Shown one piece after another: positions 1 through 8,179 of a stretch of DNA of 24,428 nt. The notes under the pieces were generated by a model. That model made no database searches, was not told where the DNA came from, and was given only the letters and a program-made list of their open reading frames with translations. The position numbers and the translations under genes are program-made. Source of the DNA: Promethearchaeota archaeon (GTDB lineage: Archaea > Asgardarchaeota > Lokiarchaeia > Sigyniarchaeales > SOKP01); contig RDOA01000053.1 of NCBI GenBank assembly GCA_011364925.1, positions 1 to 24,428 of the forward strand, written 5' to 3'. Numbering within the stretch: the first letter of the stretch is position 1; each line of letters starts with the position of its first letter.

Positions 1-91
1 ATATTTTATAATAACAATTCTTAAATATATACTTTAACATATATATCCCAAAATAATAATAAAATAAAAAAAAAACCAAAAAGTTGATTCA

Positions 92-892
92 ATGAAATAT
101 AAGAAATTATATTTTGTATTTTTTGTAATGACATTAATCCTTAGCACATTTAATGTAACTACAATAGCTTCTCCCTTAATACCATCTAATTACAATAATC
201 AGTTAGATCTTAACGAAATCTATACATATAATGTAACTGCGTTTAATACTAGTAAAGCACTTGAATGGAGAGAATTAGATTGGTTTGCTCCTCCCAGAGG
301 ATTTGTCAACACAACTCCAGGAGGTCAAATTCTAGTTAAATTTACAGGATTTTACGACAAAGACCCATTTGATTACTTTAATCTTTTCGAAAGTCCTATT
401 CCATACATGAATATAGAGTTTAAAAAACTCCAACAAGGAATCCTCGTGACGAATGTGACTTTTTACAATATCTCAAATGGAGAGGCAGATATGAACTTAC
501 TACTTGGATACAATTATTTTAAGTCTGGATTCCTAATTCCAAACGATAATTTTACTTTTTTAAAACAACAAGCATATCAACAAGACGAACCCCCATTCAT
601 GAATGCGACTGTGACTATCGAGGAAACTCAAAATCGTATTTCTTTTGATTTTCGTCAGACCGTAGGATTCTTTCAAAAAACTAAGTCAGTTTACGATAAG
701 ATTTCTGGATTGCTAATTTATACTAATACTTCTGTTGGGAATTACACATTAGAGATGACACTGATTAACCTTCCGACCTTAGCTCAAGAACCTCCATTTG
801 TTTCTTCCTATCTACCAATTATAACATTTACTACGCTTAGTTTTGCTTCATTCCTCCTAATTATTAAAGTTAAGAAACAACAAAGAAAATAA
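92..892 (+). CDS. Secreted, C-terminally anchored surface protein of unknown function
   Basis: N-terminal signal peptide (MKYKK plus hydrophobic stretch), several N-x-S/T sequons, and a C-terminal VSSY + TM helix + basic tail KVKKQQRK resembling archaeal C-terminal sorting anchors. Confidence 0.7.
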   Translation: MKYKKLYFVFFVMTLILSTFNVTTIASPLIPSNYNNQLDLNEIYTYNVTAFNTSKALEWRELDWFAPPRGFVNTTPGGQILVKFTGFYDKDPFDYFNLFESPIPYMNIEFKKLQQGILVTNVTFYNISNGEADMNLLLGYNYFKSGFLIPNDNFTFLKQQAYQQDEPPFMNATVTIEETQNRISFDFRQTVGFFQKTKSVYDKISGLLIYTNTSVGNYTLEMTLINLPTLAQEPPFVSSYLPIITFTTLSFASFLLIIKVKKQQRK

Positions 893-930
893 CAAAATCA
901 AATAAAATCTTTATTTTTTTATCGTGAAAG

Positions 931-1359
931 ATGAATAGAAAAAAAAAGTATATCCTTCTTGGTGTTATTGGCGTCTCTTGTTTCAGCTTACTCCTGATTG
1001 TTAATTCAATCCTTCTACAAGATTTAATTCCTCCTTTTATACAAAATGACGGAGATAGGGCTACGAAACAATTCAGTGTTGAAAATATTACCCTCTTTAT
1101 AGATTATTCAGGAGTAAAAACAAACGAAGAATTTGAAAACATTAATCTGACTAATTATCAAACCACAGTTTATGACCTCTTATTAAACTGTTGTGAAATT
1201 AGTATCCAAGTTTTTGGTGGATACATCTATGTAAACGGAATTAATGGTGTAGGAACTGGTTGGATATACACAGTTAATGATGGTGCTCCCCCAAATATGC
1301 CTTCGGATTATTTTAATTTACTAAATAACGATGTAGTTAAGTGGAAACATGTTATTTAA
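931..1359 (+). CDS. Membrane-anchored DUF4430-like (beta-grasp) domain protein
   Basis: N-terminal TM helix; pattern TVYDLL...YVNGINGV...GWIYTVND...L.NNDVVKW is typical of DUF4430/transcobalamin C-terminal-like domains. Confidence 0.65.
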   Translation: MNRKKKYILLGVIGVSCFSLLLIVNSILLQDLIPPFIQNDGDRATKQFSVENITLFIDYSGVKTNEEFENINLTNYQTTVYDLLLNCCEISIQVFGGYIYVNGINGVGTGWIYTVNDGAPPNMPSDYFNLLNNDVVKWKHVI

Positions 1360-1378
1360 ATAAAAAAACTACAAAGTA

Positions 1379-1459
1379 TCTAGTGCATAATTCATCTGTC
1401 TCAATTCTTTTAAGAACACGTTCTATATCATGGAATGATTTATGGATCTTCCGGAAGTT
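1379..1459 (-). pseudogene. Orphan diverged duplicate of the Roadblock gene 3' end
   Basis: The minus strand translates to NFRKIHKSFHDIERVLKRIETDELCTR, versus the Roadblock C-terminus YFHQMRKSFLKMEPILKKIETGELRTR (14/27 aa identical, hand count). No start codon; in-frame TAA at 1465-1463. Confidence 0.7.
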
Positions 1460-1485
1460 TCTTTAAGAGGAAGACTTTATAAAAA

Positions 1486-1923
1486 TTAGCGAGTTCTTAG
1501 TTCCCCTGTCTCGATCTTCTTAAGTATGGGTTCCATTTTAAGAAAAGATTTACGCATTTGATGGAAATAATATCCAAGCTTATAACCTTTCTTTGAATTA
1601 GTAAATAGCATAAAATTATTGTCTTTATCCCCAACCAAAATAATAGTATAACCTTTGACTCCTCTAATTACGATTTCTCTCAATTCTCCTTGTCCTAATC
1701 CGTTACTAATTTTTTCTCCTAATGAAATTAGTGTAGCTGGGCTCGCACTATAAATATCGGCAACTACATCTGCAGTCTCGGAACTAGCGATTCTTAAACC
1801 CGTTTTTGAGACGATTGCGCTGCCCTCTAAGTCTGTAGAGCTTTCTAATTGCTCTAAATTGCGCATAATTTGGGCTAATAATCCTCGATCAATATTAACT
1901 TCTGGTGGGCGAATTTTTTCCAT
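1486..1923 (-). CDS. Roadblock/LC7 (MglB/LAMTOR-like) domain protein
   Basis: EGSAIVSKTGLRIAS...ATLISLGEKISNGLGQGELREIVIRGVKGYTII matches the Roadblock/LC7 pattern; starts 32 bp after the selB stop on the same strand. Confidence 0.85.
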   Translation of the reverse strand: MEKIRPPEVNIDRGLLAQIMRNLEQLESSTDLEGSAIVSKTGLRIASSETADVVADIYSASPATLISLGEKISNGLGQGELREIVIRGVKGYTIILVGDKDNNFMLFTNSKKGYKLGYYFHQMRKSFLKMEPILKKIETGELRTR

Positions 1924-1955
1924 TTTTTCAACCTCAATTAATATTATAATATAAA

Positions 1956-3392
1956 TTACAAATTTAAATCTTTTTTAGATTTCAATGTAAAACTCCGTAA
2001 TTCTTTTAGCTCGACTGGGTCTCCTTTATTCGCTGTTTGGTCTTCTGTTTCAATTCCTACAATAACCGATCCTTTTGTTCCAAATGTATCTAGGATTTTG
2101 GTAAAGGGAGATTCTAAGCTACGACCAACTAATTTTTTGGCTCCCTCGTAACTTTGAGCTAAGCCACTACAAATAATCCCTTGAGAATGTTTGGGATTTT
2201 GCACATATCCCCTCTTAATTTTAAACTTGTATAGTTTTGGAGGTTCCTTAGATACTTTAATCAATTCTGCTGCGCCTAGAATCCTAAGAGTTGTTGGTGG
2301 AAGGTCTAATCTACTTAAAAGCATTGTAGTTTTTTCCTTGTTAATAAAAACTTTTTCGTTTAACCATAAAAATGCATTGTATGTTCCAAATTCGTGTGAG
2401 TTATCTAATTGAATCTTTTTCCCGTTCTTCTCAACATACGGAAAAATATATCCCGTAGCAGTAAACATCCCTATTGTAACGTGTATTTGAGTTCCAAATT
2501 GAGTTTTCGCCTTAAACAACTTATTTTGTTTTACTTGGATATCAATTAAATCGCAAAAATCGAATGCTTCCTTATCGTTTGTAGCGTAGCATCCGCGATA
2601 AATCTTTTTAATATCTATTCCCTTTATATTAACTCCAACCCTATCTCCCGCTTTAGCCTCACTAACGTTCTGATGAAAGATCTGAATAGTTTTGACCTTT
2701 CCCGAAGTATTCACGGGAATAACATTAATTTCCTGATTAAGATTTAATTTTCCTTTAAGGATTGTACCAGTTATAACTGCTCCTCTTCCTTTTATTGAAA
2801 AGTGGTGGTCTATAGGGATAATTACACCTCCTTCATAATCTCTTCTAATATCCAATGATCTAATTTTATCTAAAATTCCTTGTTTTAAATTCTCAAATCC
2901 TATTTGTTGTTTCGCAGAAACAGGAAAAATCGGAACATTTGGACCATATGAGGTCGATCCAAAAAATCTTCTAATCTTTTTAATTTCTCCTTCTAATTCT
3001 CCTTTAAATAAATCAATTTTATTAAGTACTACTACGATATCCTTTATGTTAAGTGACTCTATCATTATTAAATGTTCTCCGGTTTGAATTTGAGGCCCCT
3101 TAGTAATATCTATTACAAGTAAAGCGCAATCAATGATCTCTACCGAAGAAGCACTAATTTTAATCAAATCTGCGTGACCAGGACCATCCACTAATGTGAC
3201 TAAATATTCATCCAAAATAAAACTCGTAAAGCCTAAATCTATCGTAATTCCTCTTTCCTTGCTCTGGGGATGAGCATCTATTCCCGCAGTTGATATATAT
3301 TCGCTTAAGACTGCAGCTACCGCCGTTTTACCAGAGTCTATGTGGCCAAAAAGACCAATATGAACGGGAATTTTCTTATCAATCTCTACCAT
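1956..3392 (-). CDS. selB: Selenocysteine-specific translation elongation factor (archaeal SelB/eEFSec type)
   Basis: G1 GHIDSGKT, ERGITIDLGF, G3 DGPGH, G4 NKID, and EF-Tu-like domains II/III. The short domain IV (ILDTFGTKG) is of archaeal/eukaryotic type and lacks bacterial winged helices. tRNA-Sec and SepSecS lie nearby. Confidence 0.95.
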   Translation of the reverse strand: MVEIDKKIPVHIGLFGHIDSGKTAVAAVLSEYISTAGIDAHPQSKERGITIDLGFTSFILDEYLVTLVDGPGHADLIKISASSVEIIDCALLVIDITKGPQIQTGEHLIMIESLNIKDIVVVLNKIDLFKGELEGEIKKIRRFFGSTSYGPNVPIFPVSAKQQIGFENLKQGILDKIRSLDIRRDYEGGVIIPIDHHFSIKGRGAVITGTILKGKLNLNQEINVIPVNTSGKVKTIQIFHQNVSEAKAGDRVGVNIKGIDIKKIYRGCYATNDKEAFDFCDLIDIQVKQNKLFKAKTQFGTQIHVTIGMFTATGYIFPYVEKNGKKIQLDNSHEFGTYNAFLWLNEKVFINKEKTTMLLSRLDLPPTTLRILGAAELIKVSKEPPKLYKFKIKRGYVQNPKHSQGIICSGLAQSYEGAKKLVGRSLESPFTKILDTFGTKGSVIVGIETEDQTANKGDPVELKELRSFTLKSKKDLNL

Positions 3393-3600
3393 AGAAGCAT
3401 GTAACTAAAATGAATAAATTTACGATGTGATTTAATAATTAATTAAAATTAATATTTTTTAATATACAAAAAACAATTTTCAATCTTTCAACTTGAGTTC
3501 GAGAAAAAACTGTAATAATTGGACTCCAATAAAATTTAATTATTAAAACAATATCATTTTATTATGTCTTATTTTAATTTAAATAGAAGTGAGATATTGG

Positions 3601-4470
3601 ATGGCTAAATATTGTGTATATTGTGGAAACCCTTTGAAAAGTGAAGATAAATTCTGTATTATTTGTGGAAAACCAGTTCTAGCAAGCGTTAAAAAACCTG
3701 AAAAACCTGAAGTAGAGAAAGCGAGAGAAATTATTAGTGAAAAAAAGAAATCCAAACCGCAAGTTGTGGAAGAAAGCATAGAAAAAGAGGATTTTGAGGA
3801 AGTATCTGTACAACCAGAAAGAAAAGACAAAAAGAAAGATAAAAAAGCAAAAGGAATTGTAGAAAAACCTCTTCCTTTTGAAGTTAAAGAACAAATGATA
3901 TTAAATATTGAGTATAACGATATAACGCTAAATAAGCAGATCTTAATAGATAAATTGAAAGATATTCAAAAAGCAATAAAAGATCCAAGGTACGACGTTG
4001 ACGAGGAATATAACAAAGACATCAACGTAAAAGTTACAGCAATAAAAACCTTAATCGCTGAATTAAAACAAAAAGAAAGCGATTTAGAAGCAAAAATGGA
4101 AAAACCATTTATCGTTCAAAGAATTCAAGACGACATTGATACGAAAATCTTTCAATTAAAAAATCTAGCTCAACAGTATAAACTTCATAAAGTCGATGAA
4201 GATTCATTTGAGAGCTTAAGAGAAAAATATAAACAAGAAAAAGAAACTCTCGAACAAGAGAGAGAAGATTTAACTATTGGAATGAAACTTTGGATTAAAG
4301 AGCTTAAGTTGGAGAAAGCTGAGCTCCAATCCCAAAAAAATCTCAATAAAGGAAGGTTTTCTGCAAAAGAACTCACAGAAGAAGAATACGAAGCGAAAAA
4401 TAAAGACTATGAGTTAAAACTGAAAAAAATTGATCTAAAAATCAAGACTTTAGAAGATCTCACTAAGTGA
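3601..4470 (+). CDS. Zinc-ribbon plus long coiled-coil protein (CdvA-like/SHOCT-like helical motifs)
   Basis: CVYCG...CIICG ribbon, Lys/Glu-rich linker, and coiled coil with motifs YKLHKVDEDSFESLREKY and FSAKELTEEEYEAKNKDY. ATG 3601 is preferred to GTG 3589. Confidence 0.7.
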   Translation: MAKYCVYCGNPLKSEDKFCIICGKPVLASVKKPEKPEVEKAREIISEKKKSKPQVVEESIEKEDFEEVSVQPERKDKKKDKKAKGIVEKPLPFEVKEQMILNIEYNDITLNKQILIDKLKDIQKAIKDPRYDVDEEYNKDINVKVTAIKTLIAELKQKESDLEAKMEKPFIVQRIQDDIDTKIFQLKNLAQQYKLHKVDEDSFESLREKYKQEKETLEQEREDLTIGMKLWIKELKLEKAELQSQKNLNKGRFSAKELTEEEYEAKNKDYELKLKKIDLKIKTLEDLTK

Positions 4471-4517
4471 TTTAACTTAAGTTTTAATTATTTCGAATAC
4501 TTCAATGTTTGATAAGC

Positions 4518-4643
4518 ATGAGGAAAAAACTAATTGGCTTTATAATACTAATTATCGCTTTATCTTTACTGACTATAGGTCTTGTAAATGGTCAATATCT
4601 TGCAATTAATAATCTCTATAATCAAATGAATCTTATCCCTTAA
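4518..4643 (+). CDS. Small (41 aa) single-pass membrane protein, not in the ORF track
   Basis: ATG 4518 to TAA 4641-4643: MRKKLIGFIILIIALSLLTIGLVNGQYLAINNLYNQMNLIP. Basic N-terminus plus ~19-residue hydrophobic helix; fills the gap between two genes without overlap. Confidence 0.65.
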   Translation: MRKKLIGFIILIIALSLLTIGLVNGQYLAINNLYNQMNLIP

Positions 4644-4653
4644 TCTGAGGTTA

Positions 4654-4956
4654 TTAGTCCCATCCTTTTCCTTTACCTATATTAACAGAATCTTCTAAAA
4701 AACCTTTCTTTTGAAATTGTTTCTCTTGCGATTTTCTATACTTATTTGCTTCTCTATAATGTGTTTTACAAAGATATATTTTATGTTGCTTATTTTCGTA
4801 AAACTTTAAATCAGCTTTCTCGATATAGGCTTTCCAAGCATTTTCTGATAATGATCTAACAGCTAGTTCTCCACAAGCTTTAATGGAACATCTCTTTCCC
4901 TTGTTTGTTCCACTACTGAGATCACTCTTCTCTCTAAGTTCTTTAGGGAGCTTCAC
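4654..4956 (-). CDS. Small basic putative Zn-binding protein
   Basis: CSIKAC...LCKTHY (C-x4-C...C-x2-H) metal-ligand pattern; Lys-rich; GTG start. Confidence 0.7.
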   Translation of the reverse strand: MKLPKELREKSDLSSGTNKGKRCSIKACGELAVRSLSENAWKAYIEKADLKFYENKQHKIYLCKTHYREANKYRKSQEKQFQKKGFLEDSVNIGKGKGWD

Positions 4957-5039
4957 TTTTAACCACTTACTAAAATTTTATTAAGATTGAATATTATAAT
5001 CATAAAATATATACCATCTTAAATTTTTTCCTAAATTAT

Positions 5040-5744
5040 ATGGATTCTTTAATTTTCGACGAAAGCTTTGTTAAAAGCAAACTTTTTGAGTGCAATTCAC
5101 CTTCGAGAATCTCGCTAAAAGACAAATTCTTTACATCTTCTGCGGTTTTATTTTCAATTATTCCTTACGAAGATCAACCTTATAAATTAATTCTAATTCA
5201 TCGCTCAAATAGGGGAACAAGGCATAAAGGAGAAATGTCTTTCCCAGGTGGAAAATTCGAAGAAAACGAGGATATATCCTTGAAAGATACTGCCCTTAGG
5301 GAAACTGAGGAAGAAATTGGAGTTTCAAGGGAAAATATAAAAATAATTGGTTGTCTCAATGATTTTCCTACTATGACCAAGTACATTATTACACCTTTTG
5401 TCGCGATTATTGATAAAAACCAAAAACTAACAAAGCAAGAAAGCGAAGTTCAAAGAATTATAAAAATCCCAATAAATTTTTTTACATCTAAGACCCATTT
5501 TCGAGAACAAGCTGTGGATGTGAATGGAAATAAATTCCCCGTTTTCTACTTTAATTATTTGGACACAGAAAATAAGAAGACATATACTGTATGGGGAGCT
5601 ACAGCTTATATGATTGTAACATTTTTAGAAACACTATACGGATTTACGCCTTCAGAATTAGGTTTAAAGAGGTTTAAACTTGAAAAGATAAAAGATTTAA
5701 AAGAGTATATCAAATATCGGGATAAAATTACTAAACAGTTTTAA
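5040..5744 (+). CDS. Nudix hydrolase, CoA pyrophosphatase (NudL/Pcd1/NUDT7) family
   Basis: NuCoA motif LIHRSNRGTRHKGEMSFPGGK, Nudix box ALRETEEEIG, and VWGATA. Confidence 0.9.
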   Translation: MDSLIFDESFVKSKLFECNSPSRISLKDKFFTSSAVLFSIIPYEDQPYKLILIHRSNRGTRHKGEMSFPGGKFEENEDISLKDTALRETEEEIGVSRENIKIIGCLNDFPTMTKYIITPFVAIIDKNQKLTKQESEVQRIIKIPINFFTSKTHFREQAVDVNGNKFPVFYFNYLDTENKKTYTVWGATAYMIVTFLETLYGFTPSELGLKRFKLEKIKDLKEYIKYRDKITKQF

Positions 5745-5777
5745 TTTTTAAATCAAAATTACGAAAATTTGATAACA

Positions 5778-6446
5778 ATGGACTTCATATTCGATGAACG
5801 ATTAATTCGAAGTAAATTAAAGGATTACGATTCTCCTGATCGTCTTTCTATGTCCCACGAACATTTTGTTAACTCAGCTGTGGTTTTTTTAATATTCCAA
5901 TATAAAGAAAAACCCTACGATTTAGTTCTGATTCGAAGAACTAAAAGTAACTCAGATAAACACTCTGGTGAAATGTCTTTCCCTGGTGGAAAATTTGATC
6001 CAAAATTAGATAAGACTTATCTAGATACAGCTCTAAGAGAACTTGAAGAGGAAATTGGCATTCCTTATGATTCTGTTAAGATTTTAGGTTGTATCGACGA
6101 CCATCTTACACCTAAGGGATTTATAGTTACACCATTTGTTGCTTTCATAAATTCAGATATTAAGATGATAAAACAAGTAAGTGAAGTAAGCGAAATTGTA
6201 AAAATCCCTATAACTTTTTTTGCAAACAAAGAAAATTTTAGAGAACGGACTTATAAGTTAAAAGAAGACTTAATCGGTGTCGGTAAATTTAACTACTATT
6301 CTCCAGAGAATAAAAAATATGTCATTTTTGGTGCTACCTCTCATATTATAGTCAAATTTATTGATACCGTTTATAATCTTGGATTAATGACACCCGGTTG
6401 TCGGCGAATTAATTGTGAAGATATAAAAGACAGAATTATTAAATAA
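5778..6446 (+). CDS. Nudix hydrolase, CoA pyrophosphatase family (tandem paralog)
   Basis: LIRRTKSNSDKHSGEMSFPGGK, ALRELEEEIG, IFGATS. ATG 5778 (MDFIFDE) aligns with the paralog N-terminus (MDSLIFDE). Confidence 0.9.
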   Translation: MDFIFDERLIRSKLKDYDSPDRLSMSHEHFVNSAVVFLIFQYKEKPYDLVLIRRTKSNSDKHSGEMSFPGGKFDPKLDKTYLDTALRELEEEIGIPYDSVKILGCIDDHLTPKGFIVTPFVAFINSDIKMIKQVSEVSEIVKIPITFFANKENFRERTYKLKEDLIGVGKFNYYSPENKKYVIFGATSHIIVKFIDTVYNLGLMTPGCRRINCEDIKDRIIK

Positions 6447-6531
6447 AATTAAAAATTAAAAACCGAATAACAAATAATCGAAAAATTCAATTAAAAAATA
6501 AAATAAAATATAATAAAGAATTAAGTTTTAT

Positions 6532-6682
6532 GGCCCCCGGCGGTCAGGGTGGTCCCAGACGCTGGGCTTCAAAAAGCATTATTTCTCCTAAGTTGAAGAC
6601 ACCCAGTTATCCTGCGGAGGGATAGGGGTTCGATTTGGATGAAGATATACTTAATCCAAGAATATCCCCCTGGGGGCCGCCA
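6532..6682 (+). tRNA. selC: tRNA-Sec(UCA), 9/4 fold, two introns (37/38: 6573-6600; T-loop about 59/60: 6635-6664)
   Basis: 9-bp acceptor GGCCCCCGG/CTGGGGGCC, G73 and encoded CCA (6680-6682). Long D stem GTCAGGG/CCCAGAC with TGGT loop; 6-bp anticodon stem with anticodon TCA at 6569-6571; long variable arm TATCCT/GGGATA; 4-bp T stem GGGG/CCCC. Predicted mature length 93 nt. Confidence 0.93.
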
Positions 6683-6706
6683 TAATAAAATATTAAATTA
6701 ACCTCG

Positions 6707-8083
6707 GTGAACTTATTGGAAAATTTATCTAAAATTATCGAATACTTTAAGAGTACGCCAATACCCCAGAATATGTTGAATAGAGGACAATTAGTCTTAA
6801 ATACCTTCTTAAAACCTATACAAAACCTTTTTGAGCAGAAAAATGTTCCCTTGAAAGGGTGGAGTAATGACCAAATCGAATTCTTATTAAACACGCTCTC
6901 AAACATGGATACAGATAAGGACGAAAAAGCGGCTCGAGTAGGAGAACGAGAAGCAAGAATTGCTTCAGATCTACACTTAAAAACTTCTGCAGGATTTTGT
7001 CATGGTGTAGGGCGGAGTGGTTTTCTTACAGCACCACAACCTAAAGCTCCTGGAGCCTCGATATTATACGAACTCAGTAATTATTTAGCTCTTAATTTTC
7101 TTAAAAAATTCGGTTTACCTAATGTAAAGAAAGCAATAGTAGTTCCATTATGCACTGGTATGTCTTTAGCATTGTGTTTAGGAGCTCTTAGACCGAATTG
7201 GAGTAATAACCAATTATTGAATAAAAGAACGGTTCTAGTTCCTCAAATTGATCACAACGCTTTAATCAAAGCTTTTGATTTGGTAGGAGTCAAAAGAAAG
7301 GTGGTAAAAGGAAAAATATTCGGAGATGGAGTAAGAATCCCGTTTGAAGATATTGAAGCTAGCTTAGATGACGATTGTTTTGCTATAATATCTCTTACAA
7401 GCTTTTTTCCACCTCGCGAACACGACAACATTAAAGAGATAAGTAAGTTTGCTAAGAAGAATGATTTAGTTCATATTGTAATTAATGCTTATGGCGTTCA
7501 AAGCCCCGAGTGGATGAAATTAATCCGAATTGGTATAGATGCGGGTCGAATAGATGCTATTATACAATCAACTGATAAAAATGTTCTTACGCCTGTAGGT
7601 GGAGCTATTATAGCGTCACCAAATGAAGAAATCATTACCAAAATTAGTCAAGCCTATGCTGGACGTGCTTCTGCAACCCCGGTTGTAAACTTTCTTATTT
7701 CTATGCTCTCTTTAGGGATTGAAGGATACCAAAAATTATTAGAAGAACAACAAATAAATAGAACAATCTTGAAAGAAAAGTTAGAAGAAGTTGCTAAAAA
7801 AATCGACGAGAAAATTTTAGATGTATTCAATCCTGTTGCTGTTGCCATGTCGTTAAATAATCTAAAAAAAGACCAGTTATTTGCATTAGGCGGTGCTCTC
7901 TATAATTTGAGAGTTACAGGTCCCAGAGTTTACAATCCAGAGGAAAATATTTTCGGAACATGTTGCGCAGATTATACCACCCCTTATATTGTGTTAAACG
8001 CTGCGATAGGAGCAAAATCCCAAGATATCATTTTGGCAATCGAGAGATTCGAAAAAGCGTATTCTCAAGTAACTTCGCGATAA
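6707..8083 (+). CDS. spcS: O-phosphoseryl-tRNA(Sec) selenium transferase (SepSecS)
   Basis: VGEREAR, HGVGRSG..APQPKAPG, NAYG, PLP-lysine motif QSTDKN, YAGRAS; starts 24 bp after tRNA-Sec. Confidence 0.95.
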   Translation: MNLLENLSKIIEYFKSTPIPQNMLNRGQLVLNTFLKPIQNLFEQKNVPLKGWSNDQIEFLLNTLSNMDTDKDEKAARVGEREARIASDLHLKTSAGFCHGVGRSGFLTAPQPKAPGASILYELSNYLALNFLKKFGLPNVKKAIVVPLCTGMSLALCLGALRPNWSNNQLLNKRTVLVPQIDHNALIKAFDLVGVKRKVVKGKIFGDGVRIPFEDIEASLDDDCFAIISLTSFFPPREHDNIKEISKFAKKNDLVHIVINAYGVQSPEWMKLIRIGIDAGRIDAIIQSTDKNVLTPVGGAIIASPNEEIITKISQAYAGRASATPVVNFLISMLSLGIEGYQKLLEEQQINRTILKEKLEEVAKKIDEKILDVFNPVAVAMSLNNLKKDQLFALGGALYNLRVTGPRVYNPEENIFGTCCADYTTPYIVLNAAIGAKSQDIILAIERFEKAYSQVTSR

Positions 8084-8179
8084 GTTCTTAATTTCTCCTT
8101 ATTATTTATTTTAGATTAAATAACAATAAATAAAAACCAGTAGAACTATATAATAATAAATATCAAGGATTTTATTATT

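Noticed and set aside
1379-1569. Roadblock 3' duplicate as a diversity-generating retroelement TR/VR pair or as a readthrough extension
   Set aside because: Mismatches are not confined to adenines, there is no reverse transcriptase in the window, and the copy is out of frame behind stop codons.
6607-6906. 99-aa minus-strand ORF
   Set aside because: Overlaps tRNA-Sec and the SepSecS 5' end.
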